Source of the DNA: Nemertoderma westbladi
Taxonomy: Eukaryota; Animalia; Xenacoelomorpha
Assembly: GCA_032718475.1 (NCBI GenBank)
Contig: JAUCBJ010001822.1
Span: forward strand, 1 to 38,919
Length of the DNA: 38,919 bases
Direction of reading: 5' to 3'
A program made the position numbers and the translations under genes. Below, in pieces: positions 1 to 12,898 of this stretch. Within the stretch, counting starts at the first letter, position 1; every line of letters begins with the position of its first letter. The notes beneath the pieces were generated by a model. That model was given only the letters and a program-made list of their open reading frames with translations, was not told where the DNA came from and made no database searches.

Positions 1-202
1 ATCTATGAATAACTACGCAATAGAGACTGGATAGGCATACCGCTGCGATATTGCACACCAACTCATAAAATAAATAACACGTTCTTTTGGTTCACGGTCG
101 GTCCTATTGACATAAGTGAACATTATTACCGTACTGTGTATGTTTGTGTTTGTTCAGAGCGATATCTCGGTTATTTAAGAATCAATCGAAACGAAATTTG
201 TC

Positions 203-888
203 TGTAGTAATGCCCGTATTTCACATTTGAAGAATCTTCGATAGACGATATATATGCTGAAATAGGCCAAGATAAAAGTGAGAGAGAAGACTTCCAATGA
301 ATAAAACGACGTAAGTTTTGTCAAAAAGTAACATTTTTTATCTCAAATTCAAGTTACTATTGTTTACATTGTGTAATTTGACATAAAGTTTACATTGTGC
401 AATGTAAAATTCAAATTACAAATTTAGTAATTGAAATATAATGAATGGCCTACAGGGAACGATACATCTTGCAATCTTTGAACGCCTGTACAGTATCTCA
501 GCTGTTTCTAAACGATATTCATATATTGTTACATATTTGGAATCCTTGCAACTCAAGCTTTCTAATGATATGACTAATGTGAAGAATGGCCACGATACGG
601 AGGGTGCGATTTAACAAAGTATATAGAGAAATATGCAAAAAATTATTATTCAAATATCTAAAACAAAAAATAACTATTAAGTGGTGGCAAAAAAGTAGTC
701 TTTTTTTGTCGAGCGTTATTGATTGGCGAACGTAGCGAAACAAATAAAAATGTAAGACAAAAAATGTTACTTTTTGCCACCACTTACGTCGTTATATTTA
801 TTTTAAGTTTTCTATCTATTCTATTTCAGCATAAATATCGTCCATATCGTCCATCGAAGATTCTTCAATAATGAAGGGTATTACTACA
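203..888. mobile_element. MITE / non-autonomous DNA transposon with ~140-bp imperfect terminal inverted repeats
   Basis: tgtagtaatgccc...tgaagaatcttcgatagacgatat...atgctgaaatag...aacgacgtaagt...caaaaagtaacattttt (203-338) is mirrored by its reverse complement at ~758-888; no credible coding capacity. Confidence 0.65.
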
Positions 889-1392
889 TATTTTTTTCAT
901 ATAAATAATCCGGTAATCATGAGGTTTTTGTTTCTAGAACAAATATTTGGACCATCATATAATAATAATATCAGCATGGTATTTTTTCCAAAAACTGTTC
1001 TAGAAAAAAAAAGTGTTCTAGAACAAAAATATTTAACAAAATAGACAAACTAACACGTGTTCTATAACATTATAAAAAAAGGTAGAAAAATCTAGCTAGA
1101 ATAAAAAAACAAAAAAAATGAATGTGTTCTAGAACAAAAATATTTATCAATATTGATAGCTAACACGTGTTCTTATATCATTTACAAAAAATTAGCAAAA
1201 ACTAGCTAGTATTAGAAATTATCTATTTAATATATTATCTATTTAAATGCAATATTATTATTAATGTCATGGAAACATTACTTTATTTTTTAACATAAAA
1301 TGTGTTCTTTTTTTCAAACTTGTTAACGACTTTGACAAAAACAGTGACTCACAACAAATAATAAATATTTATTACATGGGAAAAAAGTAGAA

Positions 1393-1664
1393 CTTTTTTT
1401 TCATTATTCTCGAGGCATTTTATTTACCGAGCGACAGCGAGGTTTATAAAGGGTCGAGAGAATATTGAAAAAAGATGTTCTACGTTTTTTTTTCCATGTA
1501 ATACGTAATTTTATTCTTAAATTTGTACTTTTTGTTGCTAAATTCTGTAATAAAACATAGCGACATACTACAGTACAGTTGTGTTGCAAAATAAATTGAA
1601 CTGCAGTATTTTACTATATTGCTTCCATAGAGATACTGCGATTCAAATTATTGTACTCTTCAAC
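1393..1664 (+). repeat. Dispersed repeat, left part of a copy split by the 1665-5405 insertion
   Basis: Near-identical to 11468-11733 (ttcattattctcgaggcattttatttaccgagcg...). Similarity resumes at 5413-5835, matching 11734-12130. Confidence 0.85.
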
Positions 1665-2493
1665 CATGGCCTACTATATATACGGCCTAACATGTTGTCG
1701 ATTTGGCCTTAAAAAAAGAGGCCAGTTTTTTTTACACTATTTTGATATTTCGATATGGGGAGAGTTCTATAAATTTTCATTTGCTGCAATTTGGTCAACG
1801 GACGTAATTGAAGTCTCTTCGTTAAGTAAGATACTAACTTTTATGGTAGCTAGTGTTTTAGATAGGTTTAGCTAGTAATTTCAACACTGATTCCGACAAC
1901 CTACTTCCCTCTATAAATATTTTGTAGTAGCTAGTTCGTATTACTATTTGTATAGAAAATGTTCCAGAACATGTTGTATACATGTAGAACAGAGTGTAAA
2001 AAAAACTGGTATATATAGTAGCTATTGTGTCCCATGAGTATCACACAGAAATACATATTAAATTAATTTTTTTTTAATAAATACATTGTCATTGTGCTAT
2101 ATTGCATTAACTCAAGCTTTTTAATAATTTATAATAGTATTTACTTTTTAGGAAATTTAAATTTAATTCTAGAACTATACTGTGAATGCAATTGAATTTA
2201 TGTATAATAAGTTTATCAATAATAATCTGACATAAATACATACAAATTTAAAAAAATAATAAAAAAATTCATCAAAAAAATTAAAAAAAAATATAATAAA
2301 AAAATATATGAAAAAATTAAATTAAAAAAATAATACAATAAAATTTATAACAAAAACTCTAAATTACAAAAATAAATATAATAAAAAAAATTCATAAAAT
2401 AAATATAATAAAAAAAATTCATGAAAAAATATAATAAAAAAATTAATAAAAAAAAAATTTAATAAAAAAAATATAGAAATATTAAAAAAAAAC

Positions 2494-2985
2494 ATGCACG
2501 ACACCGCGCTGTGCAATGACACCATCTACCGCGCCCTCCAATCCGCTGAGGTACCCGCAACCCTTGAACCAGTCGGGCTCAGCAATGACAACGGCCTAAA
2601 GCGCCCCGATGGAGCCACTCTGCTCCCTTGGTCAAACGGCAAAGCCCTCGTGTGGGACTTTACATGCACCCATCGCCTTGCCGCCTCATACTCAAATGCC
2701 GCATATTTAGATGGCTCAACAGTCGCTGAATTGGCAGAAGGGCGGAAACTTGATACTTGATAAGTATTGGAACTTTGCCAAAGACTACTTAGTCCAGCCT
2801 GTCGCTGTGTCATTCCTTTGTCAATTAGGCCACTGCTTGGAGAAGGTCAGCGGCAACAAGAGGTCTACGCAATTCCTGCTTCAACGCCTTGGGATCAAGC
2901 TGGGAATGCCTCCTGCATAAAGGAGTCATTCAACCTCCCCGAGAACCGCTGCTACCGGGAGACCAACATGGCACTGGCACCTTAA
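2494..2985 (+). pseudogene. 3' fragment of a CRE-like non-LTR retrotransposon (restriction-like endonuclease domain), with stops and frameshifts
   Basis: EPVGLSNDNGLKRPDGATLLPWSNGKALVWDFTCTH, then VQPVAV and STQFLLQRLGI...GNASC in shifted frames. This fits the RPD(G)...WDxT restriction-like endonuclease signature. It sits in an A-rich tract and is followed by a poly-C run. Confidence 0.75.
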
Positions 2986-3774
2986 TCCTATCCCCCCCCC
3001 CCCCCCCCCCCCTCCATTATTTTAATTTTAAATTTCTTTACCCTATTCTATACAATTTAATTAATTCGAAACAAATATTCAAATTATGTAGTACATTTAG
3101 TGTTTATATTATTTGTTAATAATGTTTTACCCATCGTGCTTGTTTTGTGGTTGATGTATTAGCCATCAAATATATAAAAAAAAGTAAAAAAATATAAAAA
3201 ATAAATAAAAATATATATGATAAAAAAATTCACAAAAAAAAATTTAAAAAAATTTTGCAAAAAAATTTCACTTGTAAAAAAAATACTGCTTGTTGGTGGC
3301 TCATCAGTATCAATCCATAGAAATGTATATCATCTTACCAGCCCATCAGTATCACTTCCAATTATCCCTTGGCCCATCGATATCAAATTACTTTGACACT
3401 TTTATCTCAGTCATTCATGGACGGATTTGGTTGAAACTTTGTACGATGACTCTGGGTGATGGTGTTCAAGTAAAGGAATAACCGGATTTCCGAATTTCGA
3501 TGTCTGACAACATACTGTAAGTTTGTCAGTCCCTAATAGTTTGGAGTATTGACAGTCTTCACGTCTTGGGTGCTTGATATTGAGATATTTTATTACATTA
3601 CGGTACAGTACAGTACCGCAGTACAGCAGTAGGCTCTATTATAATATCAAACTATACACTACCAATACTGTACACTACATAAATATTTCGTTTATTATTT
3701 TGGTTAGAAAAGCATGCCTCTGTAACTTGTTTCTTTCTTTCCAAGACCAGGATACTGTCTTTATCCAAATGTGG

Positions 3775-4311
3775 TGACAATGTATGTATTTTGCTTTCTT
3801 GGCGGTCGTTTTTGGTTTCTCAATCCGCTTGATTTCATCCCCATATGCATTCCCCTGTTCGTAGCGTATCACTGCCGTAGCTGCTCCTTCCAGATCAATG
3901 GCCTTTGTTACCCGTTTGTACCGGCTCTCTCAATAAACTCGCCGAAGGTCATCATGTACACTACCAGCTTCTTCGCATTGTACCAACTAGAACGTAGCTG
4001 AGTAACCTATTTGCCGGATTCTGCTCTGGCTCCTGATTGATGGAATGTAGTGGTGCCTCGTTGATTTCTTTCGCCAACTGGCTGAATATTTCCTCACCCC
4101 ACGATTCGTTTCCCTCGTCCTCGGTTATTGTTTCCTCTCCCTTTGGATCAATTTTACTGATCGGTGGAAGTGAAAGAGGAAGTGCAGTCCATGCTGCCAC
4201 AACTCTTGCTTTCGAAAGCGTGGCATTCCACGCCTCTCGAGAGCAAGTCTGCTGGATTGTCATCCGTTGGGAAATGGTGCCACTTATCCAAGTTACTCTT
4301 GGTAACAAACA
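3775..4311 (-). pseudogene. BEL/Pao LTR-retrotransposon pol fragment (end of RNase H and linker to integrase)
   Basis: Manual minus-strand translation gives KWHHFPTDDNPADLLSRG / LWQHGLHFL / SSWYNAKKLVVYM / DLEGAATAVIRYEQGNAYGDEIKRI across frameshifts. This matches the BEL/Pao W.HVP...NPAD..SRG...W..GP.FL motif. Confidence 0.75.
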
Positions 4312-4439
4312 TCGTTTATTGTTTTGGTTAGAAAAGTCCGCCTTTATTTTTATATACCCTGATACCAGTATATCAGCCTAACATACAAATCCCTTCGAGA
4401 CTGATAGTATATAGTTTAACGTACTGAATCTGCCAGCAC

Positions 4440-4810
4440 TCTGCCAATGAGAGTGACACCATCGCCCAGAGTCATCTTACAAAAAGTTTCAACGAAATCC
4501 GTCCATGAACAACTAAGATCGAAGTGTCTGATTAATTCGACAGAAACGGACAAAAGAACAGACAGACATACAGACAGACATCGAACTTCGAAAATCCCGT
4601 TATTTCTTGACCACCCAGCATCATCGTACAAAGTTTCAACCAAATTCGTCCATGAATGACTGAGATAAAAGCGTCAAAGTAATTTGATATCGATGGGCCA
4701 CGGGGAAATTGGAAGTGATACTGAAGGGCTGGTAAGATGATATACATTTCTATGGATTGACACTGATGAGCCACCAACAAGCAGTATTTTTTTTACAAGT
4801 GAAATTTTTT
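4440..4810. repeat. Interspersed repeat with (GACA)n microsatellite (DINE-1/HINE-like architecture); inverted copy at ~3260-3506
   Basis: acagacagacatacagacagac is flanked by a duplicated aaagtttcaac...cgtccatgaa block. 4575-4810 is the reverse complement of 3260-3506. Confidence 0.5.
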
Positions 4811-5412
4811 TGCAACATTTTTTTTTTTTTGCAAATTTTGCAATAAATTTTTTTTTGCAACAATTTTTTTTGTGAATTTTTTTTATCATATATATTATTT
4901 TTTTTATATTTTTTTATTTTTTTTTATATTTTTTTTAATTTTTTTATATTGTATATTTTTGAATTTTTTTTTATTTTTTTTATATTTATTTTTATTATAT
5001 ATATATTTTTTTTTTTATATTTCTATATTTTATTATTAAATTTTTTTTTTTATTAATTTTTTTATTATATTTTTTTTATTATATTTATTTTTGTAAGAAT
5101 TTTTTTTATGAATTTTATTGTATTATTTTTTTTTAATTTATTTTTTACATATTTTTTTATTATATATTTTTTTAATTTTTTTGATGAATTTTTTTAAATT
5201 TTTATGTATTTATTTAAAAAAATTTATTAATCAATTCTTTTTATCAATTTATCAATTATTTAATTGTTTTTATTGTTTGTTCATATCTGTATAATATCAT
5301 TTATGTATGACTATAATTAAAGTACTGATAATGTAATTTATTAAAAAAAAAATTATTTAATATGTATTTCTGTGTGATACTCAAGGGCCACCATAGTAGG
5401 CCATGCTTCAAC

Positions 5413-5835
5413 TCTCGATGTTGCCTTCTTACTCAATGTTAAAATAATTTAGTGTTCTCAAATATTTATTACGTAACTAGAGAGTCGCTTAACTACATAA
5501 ACCAATATTGGATATTGAGTTCCGTTTTGGTGTACGCAGCGCAGACACTAAATTTGCAATAACTTTTGAGTGAGTGAATGGATTTTGCTCAAATTACTTG
5601 CAAACCTTTTCTACGTCACCTTAGCCTTAGGCTCTTTCACCACATGTAATAAAATTAAAAAAATCCCACCAAAAATATTTTACTTTACTTTTTTCGACGG
5701 AAAAAAAAGTAAAATCAATGCATTCCATTTGGCATTCCTATATGCCTTTTTTCCGTAGGGAAAAAAGTGAAACTTTTTCTCCCGATTTTGGGGTATATTC
5801 GAGCGAAAAAGTGACAATTTAAAGAATAAAAATTT
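5413..5835 (+). repeat. Dispersed repeat, right part of the split copy
   Basis: Colinear high similarity to 11734-12130 (gatgttgccttcttactcaatgttaaaataatt...ttttctcccgattttggggtatattcg). Confidence 0.85.
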
Positions 5836-6213
5836 ATATTCATTCACTTTGGTTTCCTCTTCCTATTAATTAAACATTATTATAATAATTCAGGTACCTA
5901 AAATAATTACTGAAATATAAATTCATCAATATCTTAAAAACAACATTAACACTATTTTAGAATAAAAACACTGCTTTTTTATGAATTATTTAAATAATAA
6001 CTATTTCTTTTACAAAAAGAAAGTACAATTTTTTTGTCCGACTTTTTTATCCGCATTTTCGAGGAACAGTAGAATGTTCACATTTTTTCCGAGGCGTGTA
6101 TGTGACGGGATTGAACTCAATGATCCCGACCGGGTTAGGTTGTACGCGTCACTTCGCTGCTGGGCTTCTGAACTAATATCTTTGGCCGAAGGCCGTCGGG
6201 AAAATAACAGAGT

Positions 6214-7786
6214 TTGTGTTTCTCGGTGTTAATGTTCCAATGATAATAGCACAGTATGTATAACAAATAATAGTAGAAATTGCAATACAGAATGATAACA
6301 GCAGTGTATGAAATGACGGTCGAAACTATTGCCGGTCCCTAACTGTGTGATTAATGAACTGACCGGTAAATCAGTAATCAGAGTAGCTATATGACTGATA
6401 CACATGTACATATTGGTTTCACCCCTACGCTACTGTGGCCTCTGCTACCTAATGGATGCTCTGCTGTTCTTCCCCCACGTGCTCCCCTGCCCGCTAATTG
6501 GCTTATATAGTAATTGTCACTTTGGCACTCCCTGTAGGTGTTACCCCCTGCCACTAGCCTCGACTAGCTGGGTTCTCCCTCTGAGGTTGTTCGACCTCTC
6601 TCTGTGGCTTAGGGCATTTGTCGCCCCCCCCCCCCCCCCCCCCCCAACCCCCCGAGTTGGTTATGAGGCGAGATTATAACGAACCTGTCTTTAGACTGGG
6701 TAGTTTTTGTCTAAAGCTGAGGCCGGCAAAAACACGATGGATATATTTACCTATATCACTATATATGTCACTATATCACTCACTATGTATGTTCACCAAA
6801 TGGCTTGAAACCACTTGCATGCATTGTAAAATTGTAAACGCAAGTATTTATCAATTGTTGTCTAGTTGTTGAATAAAAAAGTTGGGAACGATTCGAAGTG
6901 CGATATTCGAAATATTTGCATATTTTCAACATTATTGAACGCGAAATTAAATACCCACAACTCCCTTGCTTGAAATGTTTTTCAGGTGATTGATATTTAG
7001 CAATTATTATGAGGTTACTTACTACTGAAATCTGACAGAATGCCAAACGTATTATTATAGTTCTATCTCTATTCAGCCAGTTAGTGTAATGTCAAGCAGT
7101 ACATCATTTATATATCGTATGTATCTATAGGGCCTAATTGTCATCGTTATAATACTGTCATCAACTCAGGCTAAGCCTCAATTGTAATGTAAAGGCTTAG
7201 TAGGTTTTGTATATCTGGGACGTTTACAACAGCTGTCGATTAAACTAACAAAACCAGAAAACTGAACCAGGGTGCCAGCCGGGTACCAACGGCTGTTGGG
7301 TAGACTTAAGTGGAAGATTTCACAAACTTTCATAGGAGGCTTTGTACATGTACATTATATTGGTTGCTCCGATGTTTTTATTAGGCTAACTGAGAATGTA
7401 TTAGGTATAAATAATTAAGTGTTCTTTATTTTATTTATCTAATACAGAAAGACCCCTCTGCAGAATAAACTGCTCTTTTGGGCCGTTTCTCAGGTTGCGG
7501 ATATGGATAACATTTCACACATCGCGTAGTAATTGTGATTATTATTTGTTTGCCTAGGCGAATGTGTATTACATTAGATGGGAGGCAGTTTTTTGGTTGA
7601 TGCAAGTCATTCTTGGTTTGCATCTTCCAATCCCATCTGTTTCTTGGAGTCTGTGTAAGACAGGTTCGTTTAAAGCCATCTTGATGGCGTTCTAGTTATT
7701 GGTAACCTCGCATCGCCAACTATATTGGTAAAATGCCACTGGCCCCATTTTAGGGTGGGTAGTGAAGGGAATTGAATCCGCTTACA
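6214..7786 (-). mobile_element. Possible solo LTR-like repeat interrupted by a ~1-kb insertion
   Basis: The minus strand starts TGTAAGCGGATTCAATTC (7786) and aligns with TGTTAGCGGATCCAATTC at 10932 over ~90 bp. Both have a poly-G run and similar downstream text. GAGT flanks both sides (6210-6213, 7787-7790). Confidence 0.35.
6678..7670. mobile_element. Possible non-autonomous TIR element
   Basis: Perfect 14-bp inverted repeat AACGAACCTGTCTT (6678-6691) / AAGACAGGTTCGTT (7657-7670); no clear TSD found. Confidence 0.3.
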
Positions 7787-10700
7787 GAGTAGCCGGGAAT
7801 TAATGCACATTCTACTATTTCGAGGAAAAATTCGGATTAAAAAGAGGACAAAGAAAATGATTTCTTTTTGTAGAAGATGTTGTTTTCTTTTAAAAATTCA
7901 CTTTTACTCCGCAAAAATGCGGATAAAACTACTTTTTGCCCAAAGTCAACCCACATTTAGAATAATACTAATATTAATTATGAATATTTTAAATACAATT
8001 ATTGAAGTTGAAGGTACAATGGAGCACACCAGTAGTGTTAAACAAGCACGATCAGGAGATAGTTCTTACAAAAAGTTCTTAAAATGTTTTACTATTATTT
8101 TCTATACGGCTCCTACAAATCGCTTGCTCCTTACTCTGTTGATCGCTCAACAGAGAGCTAACTGTTCGAATCTATGAGCCACGCGGGAATAACTAAAACA
8201 ATAAACCCGAATCGGTTCCCTAAGCTACTTAAAACGAGTGCGGGTGGCCTATCACTCGGAGTTCACTTATCGCAAAATACTGGGATTCACTGGGTAGAAC
8301 ACATTAATGTGAGAATATTTTAATAATTTACAGGGACAGATCTGTTTAATTTCCTATGTCGAAACTTGGCCTTCAGCTGGCTTTGGACCAGCAAACTTAC
8401 TACTGCTGTACTGTATACTGGACACTGCTGTCAGCCTGTAGCCCCGCTATTTTCAAATAACCGCCTAGCATGAATAGTCTATGGTATACTAAACAATCAC
8501 TTAAACTACTCTCCGCTATGCTGCGTACAAATTCTTATTTTATTTTATCACTAAATTAATTGCAGTCAAAAATACGAATTTGCGTACTAATTACTAGATA
8601 TTCCAGAATACGTACTTCTAATTTATTACGCACTGGGTTATACTAGCAACAGCCTAAATACTGTATTATTTTGACCTAATTTGCAATTAATAAGCATAAA
8701 CTAAGAAATGGAAATCAATCAAGGGAAACAGTGCCTATCTAAGCATTCACATTTAAGAATCAGGCACTCTTTAGCAACACAACACAAATAGCGTAGCAAT
8801 AAACTAGTAGTACAGCAGATAGCGCTAACTACACCAGTCAGCTAGTGCACTAAATACCCGTACGTTAGTACATCAGTATACCAGTATTAGTCATTCAGAC
8901 AAACAACCAGTCAGTCAGTCAGTGTAAGAACCACAGGCCACCCAAAGCCACACATAGGACTCCTAACTAAACCCAAATTCTGCCCCCTAATACCACAAAG
9001 TAGAGACGAAAATTTGGATCGTCAGCCCGCTAATACTGTAACAGCGGCTGGTCCCCGGTCCTCAACTGACTAGCCCCGACCGCGACAGTGGCCCCCCGCC
9101 AGCGTCGCCCCGCCTTGGATCCTCTGCACTCCCTTCCGTCGCTTCCCCCCGGTGCGCCCGCCGCGGCTACCGGTACCTTAGCCCTCCATTAGAACAAATA
9201 GCTACCGTATCGGCGCATGCATTCGCAAAACAGTCTGACAGTCTAAAGAAATCCCGTAGGATTATCGCATCTCAATCACATAAAAATCAGTAATTAAAAT
9301 GTAGAAATCATAGTTCGAGATTGTAATTAGCAGTAATCATTAATAATTGGGAAAGAACAGCAAATAATTCAAGGCAGAAATTACAAAAGCAGAATATACA
9401 AAAATTGCAAAGAATTACGAATTATACAGAAATATTGCAAAAATGCAGGGAAATTAAGATTAAGAGATTACAGGGTTAAGATAGCACATACCGGAAGCAC
9501 AGCCAATTTATAGGTGATGCAACAGGGATGACGCAATAATCGTCTCATTGGCTCAGCAGCCCACGCCACCATTAGACCAACCTGGAACAGCTGGGCCAAT
9601 AAGGAAGCCGGATTGTGAACCTCGGGGCTTCCAAATCGCAAATTATTACCATATATGGTAATGAATTGCGTCCCTGGCTGCTGGCCCTAACATTAATTTC
9701 GCAATTTTTAAAGTACATTAAGCACAATCTAATATAAAGCCAATTCAAAGACAAATATAACTGTCCCGAAATAACATAGGGTAGTTACGATTTCCAGACT
9801 TAAAATAAACGCGATGGTTTGTTGTTACCGCGTATGTGTTTGATAGCATTTGGGAGAGTGATTTATATAAGGGGTTAAGTAAAAATACTTCCTGATTCAT
9901 TTATTCAATTAAGGGTATAGCATACATACATGTTTAGGCCTATTTACTGACACCATGACAGACATACACAGCAGAAATCAACGTAGTCATAAGCAAGTTA
10001 AAAATAATAATAATAACATAAACCGGTACCCACTTCATATCAGAATGACTGTAATCGGATAATTACTTACGTCATACTAAAAATAACTTAAAAGAAGAGC
10101 GAGATTCAAAAACAAACGCTTTCTTATATAACAAAATACACAATGAAATAATATTTTGTACAATAACGGAAATTAATGCAAATAGACGATTAATTCGATT
10201 AATACCAATAAACAGCAAGCTTGTATCAAGGTTTTATAGGAAACTTGCTACCGTAATATTATTTATTTATATTTTATTACAAAATTACGTACATAGGGCT
10301 ACATGCTATACAAAATGAATAAGATCTATGAATGTGGATATTTTATGTTCCCTATCTAATTATGGCTGTACGTCATTATGGCTTATCTAAATATTCTATA
10401 CTGTATGTATAATGGGCTGATAATAGTACACAGCGCCATATATCGTAACAAGTAGCTACCATTTAAACTTTCTTTAAAATATTCCCTTTTGAAGTAGAAG
10501 TAACAGAGTTATCACAAATTTTATGCAATTCAGCACCATTGTGTAATTAAATAATATAGCTACTATTAATTAGCTACTGTGTTATTGAAGGTGATATTCC
10601 ATAACATTAATTAATAAAATAATCTTACCAAAAATTTGATTAAACTAGCTACATGTTCAAAAGATCCTAGAACTAAACATTTTAATGCTAAATTTATTAA

Positions 10701-10931
10701 TAATTACCATCGTAATTACTGTTCTAGAATAAATAATGCGAAATCAACAGAAAAATCTTTTAGATCGTTGATTGGATAAATATTTTATTACCACATTTTG
10801 GGAATTTTGATTGGATAATTATTGATTATATGATAATATTGATTATATCATATGCAGACAAAAAAGTCTTTCATGTCCGCATTTTTGCGGATAAAAAGGT
10901 GAATTTTTAAAAGGATAATTATTTATTACAT

Positions 10932-11460
10932 TGTTAGCGGATCCAATTCGCTACACCACCCAGTGGAAAATGGGGAAAGTGGCTTTTTACCAATTATAGT
11001 TGGCTAGGTGACATTACCAATATAATGTCACCTAACAAACAATGAAGGCAATATACTTTGCCAGCCACAAGGAGAGATGAGAGGCTACAAGTCATCTCGG
11101 GGGAGGGGGGGGGGGGGGATAGCTAGCATGTGCGTGCACACAGAGTTAGGGATTGCCATTGCCAGGGAGGAAGAATAGATTAGCCAATGGTGGGGCAGAT
11201 TACCATCTGATTAATACACTTACATTGGCCAGGCCAAATACTAAGTAGCAATATTCCCTATGTGTTAGTAATATAACCGTTGTCTTTATTATCTGTAGTT
11301 TAGTTGGTTTGTACTGAGTGTGGAAGCAAGACGGTTTAGACCATTATGATTAACCGTGCTATCATTGTATACTGATTGTGCTATTATTGTATTCTGACAT
11401 TGCGAGCAACTGCCACTAAAACTCAGTTATTCTATCAGCCTCCGAGTAAAACGTTTTCTT
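10932..11460 (+). mobile_element. Possible solo LTR-like repeat related to 6214-7786
   Basis: Starts with TG and shares ~90 bp with the reverse complement of 7697-7786; poly-G at 11099-11118. Right end is approximate. Confidence 0.35.
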
Positions 11461-11467
11461 AGTATAA

Positions 11468-12130
11468 CTTTTTTTTCATTATTCTCGAGGCATTTTATTT
11501 ACCGAGCGTTAGCGAGGTTAATAAAGGGTCGAGAGAATATTGAAAAAAATGTTCTACATTTTTTTCCCATGAAATACGTAATTTTATTTTTAAATTTGTA
11601 CTTTTTTGTTGCTAAATTCTTTAATAAAACATAGCGATTTACTACAGTACAGTAGTGATACAAAATAAATTGAACTGCAGTATTTTACTGTAATGCTTCC
11701 ATAGTTACTGCGATTCAAATTGTACTCATCAACTCCTGATGCTGCCTTACTCATTGTTAAAATAATTAATTGTTCTCGAATATTTATTACGTAACTAACG
11801 AGCCACTAAACTGCATAAAACAATATTGGATATTGATTCTGTTTTGTTGTACGCCGTGCAGACATTAAAGTTGCAATAACTTTTGAGTGTGTGAATGGAT
11901 TTTGCTCAAATTACGTGCAAACCTCTACTACGTCGATGCTCTTTAAATATATGTAATAAAATTTAAGAAATTCCACCAAAAATATTTTACTTTACTTTTA
12001 TTGCCGGGAAAAGAAGTAAAATCAATACAATCCATCCTATTGATTACTTTTTTCCCTAGGGAAAAAACTTTTCTCCCGATTTTGGGGTATATTCGAACGA
12101 AAAAGTAACAATTTAAGAATAAAATCTATT
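11468..12130 (+). repeat. Uninterrupted copy of the dispersed repeat split at 1393-1664 / 5413-5835
   Basis: Colinear match to both halves, with a single copy of the target heptamer at ~11727-11733. Confidence 0.85.
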
Positions 12131-12244
12131 ATAAACAACATAATTTATGTAGTATAGTAAATACTCTGAGGATATGTAACATGTGTACGCACATACAATA
12201 ACATTAACATTGAAACAAAACTGAAACAAATAATAGGGTAAATA

Positions 12245-12898
12245 ATGGATGATATACTTCAGGAATCGAGTTCCTTATCAGAACCAACAGCGTCTGATTT
12301 CATTCTCCCATCATGTTCGACTGGATCGGATAGTGTATTCGAATCGGACACCGATACGACCACAGCTCAAACTAAATGTTCACGGAAAGAATTGCTATTC
12401 AAGCATCTTCTTAAGGCTGAGGACTTTGTAAGCCAAAGTATTTGGGTTATTGATTATACATTGTTTGAATCTTTGATTAACCGGCCTGGATATATACAGT
12501 TGGATCGTAAGAATTTACTATCAAACAAAAAATATAGAAAAAATAATGCCGTTTCGATATACAGCTTTAGTGAAATAAAACAATTTGTTAATTGGTTAAC
12601 GTCAGATTCGAGATGGGAAAGTTTGCGAGCAATTTATTTTACAAATCAGCTTCAGTATGAATTTTATTTAATAAATTATAATTCAGAAAATCAATTCGGA
12701 TGGGATCAAATAGAGTTGACAGATCAAGAATATAAAAAAATCAAAGCTGCCTGGGGAATGACTATCTATTTTGGCGAAAATATCCATGATCCAAGAAACC
12801 GAATGATCATACAAGCATCAAAGAATGATATCATTCATCTGGTGAGGACAATTCGGGATTTCAAAATAATTACTGAATCTACAAAGATAACTATCAGC
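12245..12898 (+). CDS. First coding exon of an uncharacterised (orphan) protein, paralog A
   Basis: Open frame of 218 codons from ATG to a canonical AGC|GTAAGT donor (12899). About 80% amino-acid identity to 37212-37868. S/T/D-rich N-terminus followed by a globular-looking region. If unspliced, the ORF ends at 12931. Confidence 0.65.

Larger units (their letters stand above)
1665..5405. mobile_element. Non-autonomous P-superfamily (Galileo-like, foldback) element with 7-bp TSD
   Basis: Perfect 13-bp TIR CATGGCCTACTAT (1665-1677) / ATAGTAGGCCATG (5393-5405). TSD CTTCAAC at 1658-1664 and 5406-5412. The paralogous empty site at ~11727 has a single CATCAAC. Long internal inverted arms: ~2022-3506 vs ~4575-5395. 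Confidence 0.7.

Noticed and set aside
4755-4800. Hammerhead ribozyme core (CTGATGA), also CTGAGGA at ~12165
   Set aside because: No correctly placed GAAA or closing stems.
6085-6200. tRNA gene suggested by a B-box-like GAGTTCAATCCC on the minus strand (~6107-6118)
   Set aside because: No convincing cloverleaf or A-box; at most a decayed SINE head.
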